Positions 25,393-35,557 of a stretch of DNA of 43,448 nt are shown here, in pieces (within the stretch, counting starts at the first letter, position 1; the number at the start of each line of letters is the position of its first letter). The position numbers were made by a program, and so were the translations under genes. The stretch spans positions 1-43,448 of the forward strand of contig JAQTSI010000002.1 in the NCBI GenBank assembly GCA_028711365.1, written 5' to 3'. The notes under the pieces are model-generated. The model was not told the DNA's origin and searched no databases. It was given only the letters and a program-made list of their open reading frames with translations. The DNA is from Methylococcaceae bacterium (GTDB lineage: Bacteria > Pseudomonadota > Gammaproteobacteria > Methylococcales > Methylococcaceae).

Positions 25393-25871
25393 GGGTGTAT
25401 TCCTCTTGTGTGGGCTTGTTCAACAGGGGTGCGCTCGAGCCAATCATCCAGGCTGAGGGGATATCGGCCCCAGGCGGCCAGGAACAATGCCGCACTCAGC
25501 GCCGAGAAGACGGAATAGTCGAAAGGCGATTTGATGCCGAACGAGATCGCCATGGCGGAGCCGAACAGCAGCAACAGCCCTGCCGTCAGTAGTGCCCCCT
25601 CCCGGGTGAATACTCCCAGCAATAGCATCGTGCCGAAGGCGAATTCGCACACCGTCGCCGTCACGCCGAGCAGAGGCTGGATGGCTTTCGGCATGAACGA
25701 ATTCACCTGGGCGTTATAGGCCAGAAAATGGTCGAAGCTGCCCCAGGATACGCCGGGTTCGCCGGGCCGACCGTAGAGACCGAGGCGGTCGGCGACCGAT
25801 AGCAGGAATGTCAAGGCCAGGGCGAGGCGGACGACGACGGTGAGATAATCGATTTTTTGATAGGAGTTCAT
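25389..25871 (-). CDS. DoxX-family membrane protein
   Basis: Four-TM small protein; ATGA-type 4-nt overlaps with both neighbours. Confidence 0.65.
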   Translation of the reverse strand: MNSYQKIDYLTVVVRLALALTFLLSVADRLGLYGRPGEPGVSWGSFDHFLAYNAQVNSFMPKAIQPLLGVTATVCEFAFGTMLLLGVFTREGALLTAGLLLLFGSAMAISFGIKSPFDYSVFSALSAALFLAAWGRYPLSLDDWLERTPVEQAHTRGIHP

Positions 25872-26335
25872 CGGCTTGTCTCCAAGGGGAGGGTGGCGGG
25901 TGAATCCAGCGGAATGACGAAGTAAACCATCAGTTTGGCCGGTTCGACTAGGCTGGCATTGCGTATGACGAGATGCGGCTGTTTCGGGCTCTCATACCAG
26001 ATTTGTCCCTGGCTGTAGGTGATGGGGGCTACGCCTTCTAGCTGCGACACGACCGAGCCTTGAAGGACATAGGCCAGCACCGAGCCGGGGTGATAGTGGG
26101 GAGGCGCACTGGGGCCGGGCGGGAATTCCACCTCTTGCGCCGCGAGTTGTTTGCCGGGCGCATCGGGCAGGGTTTGTTTGAACAGGGTGTGGACCTTGAC
26201 CGGGTCATCGGCATGGGCCAGGGTCATGCTTGCCAGTGCCAGCATGACGGCGACAGCCGCGGATCGATACGCCTTCCATTCCCGATTCGGGCGAATATCG
26301 GTTAGGTTTGCGGCAGGATTGAAAGCGGATTGCAT
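25868..26335 (-). CDS. Secreted cupin-domain protein
   Basis: It has a signal peptide and the PPHYHPG cupin motif. Confidence 0.6.
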   Translation of the reverse strand: MQSAFNPAANLTDIRPNREWKAYRSAAVAVMLALASMTLAHADDPVKVHTLFKQTLPDAPGKQLAAQEVEFPPGPSAPPHYHPGSVLAYVLQGSVVSQLEGVAPITYSQGQIWYESPKQPHLVIRNASLVEPAKLMVYFVIPLDSPATLPLETSR

Positions 26336-26359
26336 GAATACCTCCGGGATGGGTTGCCA

Positions 26360-27250
26360 CTAGGCGGCAAGGCTTTGCACGAACTGTTGCAGCGAAGTTC
26401 CGATTTCGACGGGCGAATCTTCCTGAAGATAATGGATGCCCTTGACGGAAACCTCGCGCTGATTCGGCCAATGGCGGCAGAATTCGAGGGCAGGGCCGGT
26501 GAGCAAGGCGCCGGGCTCGGCGGTGATGAGCAGTTTTGGCAGGGCACTTTGCGACAGCCATTCACCGTAACGCTCGACGATCTGTGCAACATCGGCGGGA
26601 TCGCCTTCGATCGGCAGTTCGCGGGACCAGGCCAGGGTCGGCAAGCGCGCCTGCCGAGTCTGGAAGGGTTCGCGATAAGCCGCCATTTCCGGGTCGGACA
26701 GCGTTCGCAGGATGCTCTTCGGCAGCACGGTCTCGACGAAAAAGTTCTGCTCCAGCACCAGTTGCTCACCCTGCTCCGACCGTAAGGCGCGGAACATCGC
26801 AGCGCGGCCGTTGGGAAAATCCTCCCAGCGCCTCGGCTGGACGATCGCCTCCATGTAAGCGATTGCCTTGATCTGGGAGGGATAGAGGAAAGCGCGGTGA
26901 AAGCCTAACGCCGATCCCCAATCGTGCAATACGAGCAGGATATTGCTGGAAAGTCCCAGGGCATCGAACCAGGCATCGAGATAGCGGACATGGTCGGCGA
27001 AGCGGTATGCCTCATCCGGCGCTTTGCCGGACCGGCCCATGCCGACCAGATCGGGTGCCAGGCAGCGTCCCTGCCCGCCGAGGAAGGGGATGATGTTCCG
27101 CCACAGATAGGAAGAGGCGGGATTGCCGTGCAGGAATACGATCGGATCGCCCACGCCTGTGTCCACATAGCTGATCTCGCTATCGAGCACGCGCATAGTC
27201 CCGCGGGGGTGAAGATCGACCTCGGTGAGTGATACTTCGGCCATGGCCAT
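26360..27250 (-). CDS. Haloalkane dehalogenase (HLD-II, DhaA-like alpha/beta hydrolase)
   Basis: [28 protein letters not shown] (nucleophile Asp-Trp), YMEAIV (acid Glu) and [10 protein letters not shown] (His) parallel DhaA. Confidence 0.85.
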   Translation of the reverse strand: MAMAEVSLTEVDLHPRGTMRVLDSEISYVDTGVGDPIVFLHGNPASSYLWRNIIPFLGGQGRCLAPDLVGMGRSGKAPDEAYRFADHVRYLDAWFDALGLSSNILLVLHDWGSALGFHRAFLYPSQIKAIAYMEAIVQPRRWEDFPNGRAAMFRALRSEQGEQLVLEQNFFVETVLPKSILRTLSDPEMAAYREPFQTRQARLPTLAWSRELPIEGDPADVAQIVERYGEWLSQSALPKLLITAEPGALLTGPALEFCRHWPNQREVSVKGIHYLQEDSPVEIGTSLQQFVQSLAA

Positions 27251-27352
27251 AACTCCAGTTGATGTGATTTAAGAGCGCCAACGGTTCTCGTGGCTGTGCG
27301 ATAGGATGAGACCGAGATAGGCATTGCAAAAGAGCCACAAAGCGGGAATGTC

Positions 27353-28792
27353 ATGGGTCCAATTTTCGAACTGGCTATCGATCTGCCGCCGCGCGGTTCC
27401 CGCGAACGGCTGCGCGCCCTGCATCGGCAGTTGCGCGCGGCGATCCTGGAGGGACGATTGCAAGCCGGTATGAGATTGCCGGCGACGCGCGAACTGGCGG
27501 CACTGCTGGGGGTTTCGCGCAATACGGTGGTTGCGGCTTACGATCGCTTGCTGAGTGAAGGCTACATTGCCGTACGCCAAGGTGCCGGCAGCTATGTCGC
27601 GGAAGTCCCACGGGGATTGGGCCGTAGCGACAAATCCCGCATGACCGATACTCGCCTCGGCCCTTTCTGGCGCCATCCACCGCCATTGCCCATGGCGGCA
27701 TTGCAGGCTTCCTATCGATTCGACTTTCGGGTCGGCCTTCCCGACCAATCGGCTTTTCCATTTCCGGTCTGGAGACGATTGTCGGCGCGCGCGCTGCGCA
27801 CCTTGTCGAGGGCGCCCTCGGCCTATGCCCACCCCCAAGGCCAAGTATCCTTGCGGGAGGCGATCGCCGCGCATATCTCCTTCGTTCGCGCCATATCAGC
27901 CCGAGCGGACGATATCGTGATCACGGCGGGAGCCCAGCAGGCCTTTGAACTCCTAGCCCGCATCCTGGTGACGCCCGGCCAGACCACCGTCGCGGTGGAA
28001 GATCCCGGATATCCGCCGATGCGCACCGTTTTCGCCGCTGCCGGCGCAAGCCTCGTTGCCGTTCCCGTCGATGCCGAAGGCCTGATCGTCGATCGGCTGC
28101 CGCCGTCTACCCGGGTGATCTGCGTGACCCCCTCGCATCAATTCCCGCTCGGGCATGCGATGTCGCTGTCGCGCCGCGCCGCTTTGCTAGCATTCGCGCG
28201 AACCCACGAGGCCATCGTCATCGAGGACGATTATGACGGCGAGTTCCGCTACGCCGGGCAAGCGCGTGATGCCCTGCAGACACTCGATGGGGCGGGATCG
28301 GTCTTCTATGTGGGTAGCTTTTCCAAGAGCTTGTTTCCGGCGCTCAGATTAGGCTTCGTGGTGACTCCGACCTGGGCACGCTCGGCTCTGGTCGCGGCCA
28401 AGCAGTTGAGCGATTGGCATGGCCCGATTCTCGCCCAGGACACATTGGCGGCTTTCATCGCGGAAGGCCATCTGGCGCGCCATATCCGCAAGATGCGCAA
28501 GGTTTACGAGGAACGCCGCATCAGCCTGATCGAGGCGATCGAGCGCCATTGCCAGGATCTGCTGGAGCCTATTCCGGGGGATGCGGGCCTTCATCTTTCG
28601 GCAATGGCGAGAGGGGGGTTGCAGGCGACGGACTGGGCGGCGAAAGCCGGCGAGGCGGGAATCGGCCTGCTGGCGCTGGATCGATTCGGTGTTGCCCGAC
28701 CGCAGCCTAACGGGCTCGCTTTCGGTTTCGGCCTGATCCAGTCCGACCGGATCGAAGCAGCGATCGGTCAGCTTGCCGGGTTGATGCGTTAG
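27353..28792 (+). CDS. MocR/PdxR-type regulator (GntR HTH fused to a PLP aminotransferase-like domain)
   Basis: The N-terminal wHTH is LPATRELAALLGVSRNTVVAAYDRLLSEGY. The C-terminal fold-type-I domain has SFSKSL (the PLP Lys). It is divergent from the dehalogenase operon. Confidence 0.8.
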   Translation: MGPIFELAIDLPPRGSRERLRALHRQLRAAILEGRLQAGMRLPATRELAALLGVSRNTVVAAYDRLLSEGYIAVRQGAGSYVAEVPRGLGRSDKSRMTDTRLGPFWRHPPPLPMAALQASYRFDFRVGLPDQSAFPFPVWRRLSARALRTLSRAPSAYAHPQGQVSLREAIAAHISFVRAISARADDIVITAGAQQAFELLARILVTPGQTTVAVEDPGYPPMRTVFAAAGASLVAVPVDAEGLIVDRLPPSTRVICVTPSHQFPLGHAMSLSRRAALLAFARTHEAIVIEDDYDGEFRYAGQARDALQTLDGAGSVFYVGSFSKSLFPALRLGFVVTPTWARSALVAAKQLSDWHGPILAQDTLAAFIAEGHLARHIRKMRKVYEERRISLIEAIERHCQDLLEPIPGDAGLHLSAMARGGLQATDWAAKAGEAGIGLLALDRFGVARPQPNGLAFGFGLIQSDRIEAAIGQLAGLMR

Positions 28793-28888
28793 CTCTTGTC
28801 GGCAAAGACTTAAGTCATCGAGAGAGGATGGGATCAGCTGAGAAGAGTGCGATGGCGAACGACCGCAGCCAGCATGAATGCCTCCTTG

Positions 28889-29175
28889 GGAAGCGTCATC
28901 GCTTCCGGTTTAAGGATCGTTGGCTATGCGTTAGCCAACGATCCTGGCTGCGTAAGCATCGTACCTTTCCTCGTAACCGACTTCGCTTCCCCCACAAGCG
29001 TCGCACCTAGGGAGGGAAGCGATGATGGCTGATTGTGAGGCTTCGCAGCTTACGCGTTAAGCGCTGGCGCTTCACAGTGATGCATCGTACCTTCCCAGTC
29101 AACTCAGCATGGCTGACAGGGAAGTGACGGAGCCGCCCGGCGAAGCGTCAAAGGTTTTGCTCAGGGCGGCTTTAC
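28889..29175. other. Densely structured 290-nt intergenic region between convergent genes (possible ncRNA, or a decayed MITE or gene remnant)
   Basis: A 14-bp perfect hairpin lies at 28913-28945. Other helices are 28889-28906, 28983-29022 (9 bp), 29091-29124 (11 bp, 1 mismatch) and 29132-29170, the last followed by a T-rich tract. There is a long-range 8-bp complement between 28950-28957 and 29048-29055, and a direct repeat of GCATCGTACCTT at 28956 and 29082. Confidence 0.3.
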
Positions 29176-29230
29176 TCTTTCTCATGCCTTAGGGGTAAAG
29201 TCTTTACAGAAGGATCGGGGGAATCTCTCA

Positions 29231-30622
29231 TCAAGTCTCGTTTTTCAGCAGTAGGTTCTCCAGGGACTGCCGATCCAGTTGTTCCTTGTCCACCTTGAGA
29301 TAGGCCACTCCATCCTCGGCGAGCACCACCGCTTCGGCGATTCCAGCCACTTCTCGCAACCGTTCCGTCAATGATCGGGCTTCGAGTTCGGTCAACTCAC
29401 CGAGATTGACCAGGAGGGAACTGAGATGGCGTGGCGCCACCATACCCACGGCGACCCCTGCCCAAAGCAGGGCGATCAGGGCGCAGAAAGCGAATACCTG
29501 GGGTAGGCCGTAAACGCCATAGATGAGCCCACCGCTGACGCCTCCGACGAAAGCCCCGAGGAACTGGGCGGTGGAATAAACGCCCATGGCGGTGCCCTTC
29601 AACTGGGGAGGGGCGACTTTCGAGATCATGGAAGGCAGGGTCGCTTCCAGCAGGTTAAACCCGGTGAAGAAGACGAAAAGCATGGCCCCGATGCCGAACA
29701 GGTTGTTTCCCGCTAGCAGCAAGCCCGTTTCGGCGGCGGCGATGACGCCGATGAAGGAGACGAAGACCAGCTTCATCTTGCGCTTCTTTTCCGCCAGGAT
29801 GACGAAGGGAACCATGCCGGCCATGGAGAACAGGAATACCGGAAGATAAACCTGCCAATGGCGCGCGGTTTCCCATTGCACGCCATCGCGCAGCACCAGG
29901 GGAATCGCCACGAAGGTAGCGGTCAGGATGGTGTGCAGGGAGAAAATACCGAAATCCAGCCGCAGCAACTCGGGGTTGGTCAACACTTTGCCGAATTGCG
30001 CCGGCTGGGCCTGCGTATCGCGGTGAAAACGGCTGATCCGCGGGGTAGGGACTACCAGGTAAAGTACGGCGATGCCGGCGATGGCCAATCCTGCAATGAC
30101 CCAGAAAATGCCTTTGACCCCGATCCAGCCTTCCATCACCGGTCCTGCGACCATGGATATGGCGAAGGATATGCCGATGCTGACGCCGATCATGGCCATG
30201 GCCTTGAGGCGGTGTTCTTCCCGGGTCAGATCGGCGGCCAGGGCCATGACCACGGCGGCGATGGCGCCCGCCCCCTGGATTGCTCGCCCCAGGATGACGC
30301 CGTAGATCGAATCGGCGAGCGCGGCCACTATACTACCGGCGGCGAAAATCACCAGACCGATGGCAATGACGATCTTTCTTCCCATCCGATCCGACCACAT
30401 GCCGAAAGGGATACCGAGCAGGGCTTGGGTCAGGCCATAAGCGCTGATCGCCAATCCGATCAGCGCAGGCGTGGCGTCTTCCAAATGGCGGGCATAGATC
30501 GAGAACACCGGCAAAATCATGAACAAGCCCAGCATCCTGAGCATGTAGATGCCCGCCAGGGAAAGGCTGGCGCGAACTTCCGCGCGAGTCATCGGTGTGT
30601 CAATTTCCAACACCTGCTTCAA
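29231..30622 (-). CDS. MFS transporter with a C-terminal soluble domain (YajR-like architecture)
   Basis: It has 12 TM segments with the GMWSDRMGRK MFS motif, plus a ~70-aa non-membrane C-terminal tail. Confidence 0.7.
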   Translation of the reverse strand: MKQVLEIDTPMTRAEVRASLSLAGIYMLRMLGLFMILPVFSIYARHLEDATPALIGLAISAYGLTQALLGIPFGMWSDRMGRKIVIAIGLVIFAAGSIVAALADSIYGVILGRAIQGAGAIAAVVMALAADLTREEHRLKAMAMIGVSIGISFAISMVAGPVMEGWIGVKGIFWVIAGLAIAGIAVLYLVVPTPRISRFHRDTQAQPAQFGKVLTNPELLRLDFGIFSLHTILTATFVAIPLVLRDGVQWETARHWQVYLPVFLFSMAGMVPFVILAEKKRKMKLVFVSFIGVIAAAETGLLLAGNNLFGIGAMLFVFFTGFNLLEATLPSMISKVAPPQLKGTAMGVYSTAQFLGAFVGGVSGGLIYGVYGLPQVFAFCALIALLWAGVAVGMVAPRHLSSLLVNLGELTELEARSLTERLREVAGIAEAVVLAEDGVAYLKVDKEQLDRQSLENLLLKNET

Positions 30623-30654
30623 AACAGGATCTCCTCTTTACAATGGCTGTGGGG

Positions 30655-31323
30655 TTAGCGATTGGCCTTGGCGTAGTCGGCAAAGAAAGCCTTCAATTTT
30701 TCGTTGATGGCCTGGACGACCGGTTGTACCAGCGCATCCTGCCCGCCGGCGGCGGCTTTGACGATCGTAGCTTCCCATAGCACCGCATCCACATGCTGGG
30801 GAACGCTGAGAGGATGTTTCACCTGGTCAGAGTCCTGGGTAGTCAGCTCGGCAGAGCGGTTCACCGCGTGGGCGTAGTGGGCGAGAACGGCGATGTGCGC
30901 GGTAATGGCAGAAGGATCGATGGATTCCGTGCCCGTGAGTTCGATGACCAATTTCAGGCGTCCGGTGAGATGGGGAAGTAGCGCGACATCGTTGGCATTG
31001 CGGGCCTTGTGAAACTTCACCTCATTTTGTACGGCGAGGGTTTCCAGGTTTTTATAACTCTCCAGACAAATTTGTTTTAATGCGGAACTTTTAGCTTCCT
31101 CGGTGGGACAATAGAAAATCATCCCCGGCCAGCCATGTAGCCGGCTCAAGTTGGTTTCTTGCATGTGCTCGATGATCTTTCGCTCGGCGCTGTCGGATAC
31201 CTGGGGAATTTCCCGGGTATCGTTTTGCTCCTGCGCGTAGGCTCCGGGCATGTCACCGAGTTGGGCGACGAGGAACAGGGCCGATGCGAGATGGCTCGGG
31301 TGGAAAAGGTTCGGTTTCAGCAT
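30655..31323 (-). CDS. Hypothetical secreted protein (222 aa)
   Basis: ORF with an N-terminal hydrophobic signal-like segment; no family recognised. Confidence 0.5.
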   Translation of the reverse strand: MLKPNLFHPSHLASALFLVAQLGDMPGAYAQEQNDTREIPQVSDSAERKIIEHMQETNLSRLHGWPGMIFYCPTEEAKSSALKQICLESYKNLETLAVQNEVKFHKARNANDVALLPHLTGRLKLVIELTGTESIDPSAITAHIAVLAHYAHAVNRSAELTTQDSDQVKHPLSVPQHVDAVLWEATIVKAAAGGQDALVQPVVQAINEKLKAFFADYAKANR

Positions 31324-31393
31324 AATTGCGCTCCTTTAACTCTTAGGGATTGGCGAAGGTAGTCGATCTTCGCTCAGGATGATGGGGCAGGGG

Positions 31394-31834
31394 TCAGTCA
31401 TCTCCGGCGTCGATGTCGACTTGCCCGCTCAGCCGGCGGCTGAGGTGGGACCAGGACATGCCCAGGGTCAAAACGGTACTGACCACGATTTCCGTCAAAT
31501 GCGCAATGGTTTTCACATTATCGGGGTCGAACAGGTTCATCTCGGCGAAAAGCCAGATCACCCCTCCGCATAAAGCGAGCGTCAAAATGACCCCCAAAAT
31601 ACCCAGGGAGTGTCGGGTGGCATTCGCATAAATCACCCAGCCGGTCAATAGTATGATACCGGCGAGGAATTTTAGCGCGTTGGAACCAAGCAGGCCCGTT
31701 TCCGGCTGGCTCAAACTGGCTTTGATCCAGTGAAAATAGGAATAGCCCTCCGGATTATAGGTGGCGTAAACCAAGGCTAGGGCAAACACGAATCGGAGCA
31801 GGATGCCCGAACTGGCTAAACTGTCTTTTTGCAT
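31394..31834 (-). CDS. Hypothetical membrane protein (146 aa, about 4 TM)
   Basis: Hydrophobic segments; no family recognised. Confidence 0.5.
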   Translation of the reverse strand: MQKDSLASSGILLRFVFALALVYATYNPEGYSYFHWIKASLSQPETGLLGSNALKFLAGIILLTGWVIYANATRHSLGILGVILTLALCGGVIWLFAEMNLFDPDNVKTIAHLTEIVVSTVLTLGMSWSHLSRRLSGQVDIDAGDD

Positions 31835-32199
31835 GGATGGAATTATCGTGCGTTTTGTGGAATGGGTGAGGCATTTAATAAAACGTGTGAGAGTGCGTCA
31901 AGCGAATCGGCTGAACTGAGCTTCGCACCCACGTGAAACTTCAAGGCCGAAGCGGCACATGATGGTAAATGAGCAAGGGATTTTACAGTTTTTCCTACCG
32001 GATTGGTGGGATTCAAAGCGGATGCCTGGCGAATGTCGTGGGAGCCAAAGGGCTCAGATCGAATAGCGGGTTCGCGTTATAATGCGAAGGGGCGCAGAAT
32101 CCTGGTGAAACCGTTGGATTGCGACGAGCTTCACGGTTGATTTTTTCCAGCGTAGACAGCATATTGCCAAGCAGTCGCCGCAGACCTGCGAGGAAACCT

Positions 32200-33099
32200 A
32201 TGAAGATTCTGATGACGGGAGGAACCGGCTCCATAGGCCGGGTGTTGTGCCGCCAGTTGCAAGCGGGTGGGCATGAACTGACCGTGCTGAGCCGGACACC
32301 GATGAAGGTCGGCGCGATTTGCGGGAAGGGAATCACCGCCATTTCTTCCCTGGCCGAACTAAAACCCTCGGTGCATTTCGATGCGGTGGTGAATCTGGCA
32401 GGCGAGGTGGTGATAGGGCCGCCTTGGACCGAAAAACGGAAAAAACAACTATGGGATAGCCGTGTCGGCTTGACGGAACGACTGGTGGATTTCCTGCGAA
32501 CAGCCGAAGTCAAGCCTGCGGTGTTGATCAATGCCTCCGCGACAGGTTATTACGGCGACGGGGGCGACAGCATCATCGACGAGGATACCCAAGGCTCGGG
32601 TGGCTTCGGGCACCTCCTTTGCGACGGCTGGGAAAAAGCCGCGAAGGAAGCCGAAAGTTTGGGAGTCAGGGTATGCCTCGTCCGATTCGGCCCGGTGCTG
32701 ATGCCCCATGGCGGTTTGCTCAAGAGTATGCAGCCCGTTTTCAAGCTGGGTCTGGGAGCAAGGCTGGGCGATGGCAGGCAATGGATGCCCTGGATTCATT
32801 ACCATGACCTGCTGAACATGGTCGAGCTTCTACTGGAGAAACCGGAACTGAGCGGCACATTCAACGGCGTATCTCCACAGCCTGTAACCAATGCCGAATT
32901 TACGGCTTGTCTGGCCAGGCATCTGCATCGTCCGGCTTTCCTGTTCGCGCCGGCATTTGCTCTGAAGCGGGTGCTGGGCGAAATGGGCAGATTTCTGCTG
33001 GAAGGGCAGCGAGCCTTGCCCAAGCGATTGATCGAGGCCGGATTCGAATTCCGCCACGCGAGCCTGGATTCGGCGCTGAGCGAGATCTTCGGTCAATAA
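32200..33099 (+). CDS. TIGR01777/YfcH-type NAD-binding epimerase-like protein (with DUF1731 C-terminus)
   Basis: It has the MKILMTGGTGSIG Rossmann motif. Start at 32200, preceded by a TATAAT at about 32083; the track ORF from 32119 is an upstream extension. Confidence 0.8.
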   Translation: MKILMTGGTGSIGRVLCRQLQAGGHELTVLSRTPMKVGAICGKGITAISSLAELKPSVHFDAVVNLAGEVVIGPPWTEKRKKQLWDSRVGLTERLVDFLRTAEVKPAVLINASATGYYGDGGDSIIDEDTQGSGGFGHLLCDGWEKAAKEAESLGVRVCLVRFGPVLMPHGGLLKSMQPVFKLGLGARLGDGRQWMPWIHYHDLLNMVELLLEKPELSGTFNGVSPQPVTNAEFTACLARHLHRPAFLFAPAFALKRVLGEMGRFLLEGQRALPKRLIEAGFEFRHASLDSALSEIFGQ

Positions 33100-33134
33100 T
33101 TTTCAAGATTTTTCAACAACCTCAAGAGTAACCC

Positions 33135-34079
33135 ATGAAAAAGACAAGCGGATTCATGCTCGGTGTTTTGATTGCCATAACCTTGACCCTAGGCGCCAGC
33201 GAAGCCTTCGCCGCGCGATTGGGAGGGGGCAAATCCTTCGGCAGTCGGCCTTCCTATAGCACTCCCTATAATCGGTCGAACACGATGAATCAAGCCGCTC
33301 CGTCGCAACAGCCGGCATATCAGCCTTCCGCCGCAACCCAACGCAATCAATTGGCCCGCGAAGCCATGAGCCGCCGCGGCGGCTTGATGGGGATGTTGGG
33401 CGGTTTGGCCCTGGGGGGGCTATTAGGCGCCCTATTATTCGGCGGCGCATTCGAGAATATCAACTTCATGGACATCCTGATTTTCGGCGCCATCGCATTC
33501 ATGCTATTCAAATTGTTCGCTTCCCGCCGCCCAAGTGGCAATGCGCAGACCGCCATGGGAGGACAGGAATTTCGCCAGGGTGATTTCGATCCATCCCGTA
33601 GCGCAGAACCCACGGAGCCTTCGGCCAGAGGACAGGCGGGTTTCAATACCGATGTCCTGTTCAGGAAGGAAGGGCAGGCTGCGGCTTCCGCGGCGCCTTC
33701 CTTGCCCGCCGATTTCGACGCCCAGGCTTTCCTCACTGGCGCGAAGGCGGCCTATACCCACCTGCAGCGGGCTTGGGACCAGGGCGATCTGGCTGAACTG
33801 CGCGGTTTGAGCACCGATAAAGTGTTTTCCGAACTGCAGGAGCAAATCAGACAACGTGTGGGTGAAACCCGCACCGAGCTGTTGAAGGTGGAGGCGGAAC
33901 TGCTGGAAGTGCGCGATAGCGGTTCCGAGCGGGTGGCCACGGTGTTATTCGACGTCCTGATGCGCGAATCCGCCGGAGAAAACCCGACCCCGGTGAAGGA
34001 AGTCTGGCATTTCGTCCGCGATCGATTCAGCAAACAGCCGACCTGGTTCCTGGACGGCATTCAGCAACTAGACGCGTGA
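33135..34079 (+). CDS. Tim44-like domain protein
   Basis: It has a signal peptide, a Gly-rich TM segment (GGLMGMLGGLALGGLLGALLFGG) and a C-terminal Tim44-like domain. Confidence 0.65.
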   Translation: MKKTSGFMLGVLIAITLTLGASEAFAARLGGGKSFGSRPSYSTPYNRSNTMNQAAPSQQPAYQPSAATQRNQLAREAMSRRGGLMGMLGGLALGGLLGALLFGGAFENINFMDILIFGAIAFMLFKLFASRRPSGNAQTAMGGQEFRQGDFDPSRSAEPTEPSARGQAGFNTDVLFRKEGQAAASAAPSLPADFDAQAFLTGAKAAYTHLQRAWDQGDLAELRGLSTDKVFSELQEQIRQRVGETRTELLKVEAELLEVRDSGSERVATVLFDVLMRESAGENPTPVKEVWHFVRDRFSKQPTWFLDGIQQLDA

Positions 34080-34145
34080 TCTTTACTTAGCGTAAAACAA
34101 AACAGGCCGGCGGTAACCGCCGGTCGGGTGCAGGAGTTGTGAATC

Positions 34146-34568
34146 GTGTGGCTTAAAGCGCTCCATCTCGTTTTTATGGTGACCTGGTTCGCCGGGCTGT
34201 TCTACCTGCCCCGGCTATTCGTCTATCACGCCATGAGCTCCGATATCGTCAGCATTGAGCGCTTCAAGATCATGGAAAGAAAGCTGTATTTCGGCATCAT
34301 GACCCCGGGCATGATCCTGACCTTTGCCTGCGGCATCGCGATGTTGGTGGATTATGCCTGGGATGCCTACGGTTCCAGCGGCTGGCTGCATTTGAAGCTC
34401 ACCTTGCTGGTGCTGTTGCTGGCCTATCACCTCTGGTGTGGCAAGATCCTGCGGGATTTCAAGCACGACCGTAACCCCCATAGTCATGTCTATTTTCGCT
34501 GGATCAATGAGATTCCGGTGCTATTCCTGTTCTCCATCATACTCCTGGCGGTCATCAAGCCGTTCTAA
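34146..34568 (+). CDS. hemJ: Protoporphyrinogen oxidase HemJ
   Basis: It has a GTG start. WLKALHLVFMVTWFAGLFYLPRLFVYH is the HemJ signature. Confidence 0.85.
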   Translation: MWLKALHLVFMVTWFAGLFYLPRLFVYHAMSSDIVSIERFKIMERKLYFGIMTPGMILTFACGIAMLVDYAWDAYGSSGWLHLKLTLLVLLLAYHLWCGKILRDFKHDRNPHSHVYFRWINEIPVLFLFSIILLAVIKPF

Positions 34569-34579
34569 TTGGGCTTTCC

Positions 34580-35410
34580 TCAGTAGATGGGAAGCGGTAC
34601 CAACGAAAGTTGCAGCGCCGTCAACAGTGGCCAGGCGAATTTCAGGCCGATGAGCATCAGCACCGACGCCAACAAGGGTCGTAGAATATATTCCGGCACC
34701 TTGGCGCTCAGATGACTGCCGACCCAGATTCCAGGCAGTGAGCCGACCAACAGACTGGCGAGCAGGGTGAGGTCGACATTCCCCAAATGCCAGTGGCCCA
34801 GACCGGCGACCGCAGTCAGGGGAATGGCGTGGGCCAGGTCGGTGCCGACGATGCGCAGAGAGGGCATGCGCGGATAGAGGAAAAACAGCGCCACCGTGCC
34901 CAATGCCCCGGCGCCGACCGAGGAAAAAGTAACCAGGACTCCCAGGATCAGGCCGACAAAAACCGTCGCCGTCCCCTGAAAACGGTCGAAACGCCCGGGA
35001 TAATGGGAATCGCTTTCCAGCGCGGCTTTCATCAACTTGTTGCGCAGGAATAAGGCAGTGGATGTCAAGATCAGCGCCACCCCCAAGGCGTTGCTCATGA
35101 TCGCGGTGATGGTTTCCTTGGGAACGTCCAGATATTCCAACCCGAAAATCACCGCCAATGCCGCCGGGATGCTGCCCAGACACAGCTTGCCGACGATTTT
35201 CCATACCACCGAGCCATGGCTGCGGTGGTGCACGATTACCCCACTGGTTTTGGTGATGGCGGCGAAGAGCAAATCGGTGCCCACGGCCGTGGTGGGTGCG
35301 AAACCGAACAGGAACACCAGCAGCGGGGTCATCAGCGAGCCGCCACCCACGCCGGTCAGTCCGACCAACAATCCCACCGAGAGGCCGGATACAATGTAAG
35401 CGTAATTCAT
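34580..35410 (-). CDS. TauE/SafE family sulfite exporter-like membrane protein
   Basis: GLTGVGGGSLMTPLL and a repeated 4-TM architecture. Confidence 0.8.
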   Translation of the reverse strand: MNYAYIVSGLSVGLLVGLTGVGGGSLMTPLLVFLFGFAPTTAVGTDLLFAAITKTSGVIVHHRSHGSVVWKIVGKLCLGSIPAALAVIFGLEYLDVPKETITAIMSNALGVALILTSTALFLRNKLMKAALESDSHYPGRFDRFQGTATVFVGLILGVLVTFSSVGAGALGTVALFFLYPRMPSLRIVGTDLAHAIPLTAVAGLGHWHLGNVDLTLLASLLVGSLPGIWVGSHLSAKVPEYILRPLLASVLMLIGLKFAWPLLTALQLSLVPLPIY

Positions 35411-35557
35411 GAAATGCTTTGTTGAATGGGTTGTGAAATAACCAAAAATTATAACGGATTAGTGCATTAGGCATTCAAAACTAAATGCTATATGCTTATG
35501 AGAAACAAGCGTCGTGCTCGCAGTACATCCTGATAACAAGAAGAAGAGGGGGCAACG

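Noticed and set aside
29858-30658. 266-aa + strand ORF
   Set aside because: It is antisense to the YajR-like MFS gene and is rich in G/D/H/Q with no hydrophobic or catalytic pattern.
34104-34125. Hairpin CCGGCGG-TAA-CCGCCGG after the Tim44-like gene, as a terminator
   Set aside because: No T-run follows, so it could be a weak terminator or a REP-like palindrome. The evidence is insufficient.
34521-35474. 317-aa minus-strand ORF overlapping the TauE gene in another frame
   Set aside because: The 34580..35410 frame gives a coherent polytopic TauE/SafE protein. The alternative frame is Arg/Gly/Pro-rich noise.
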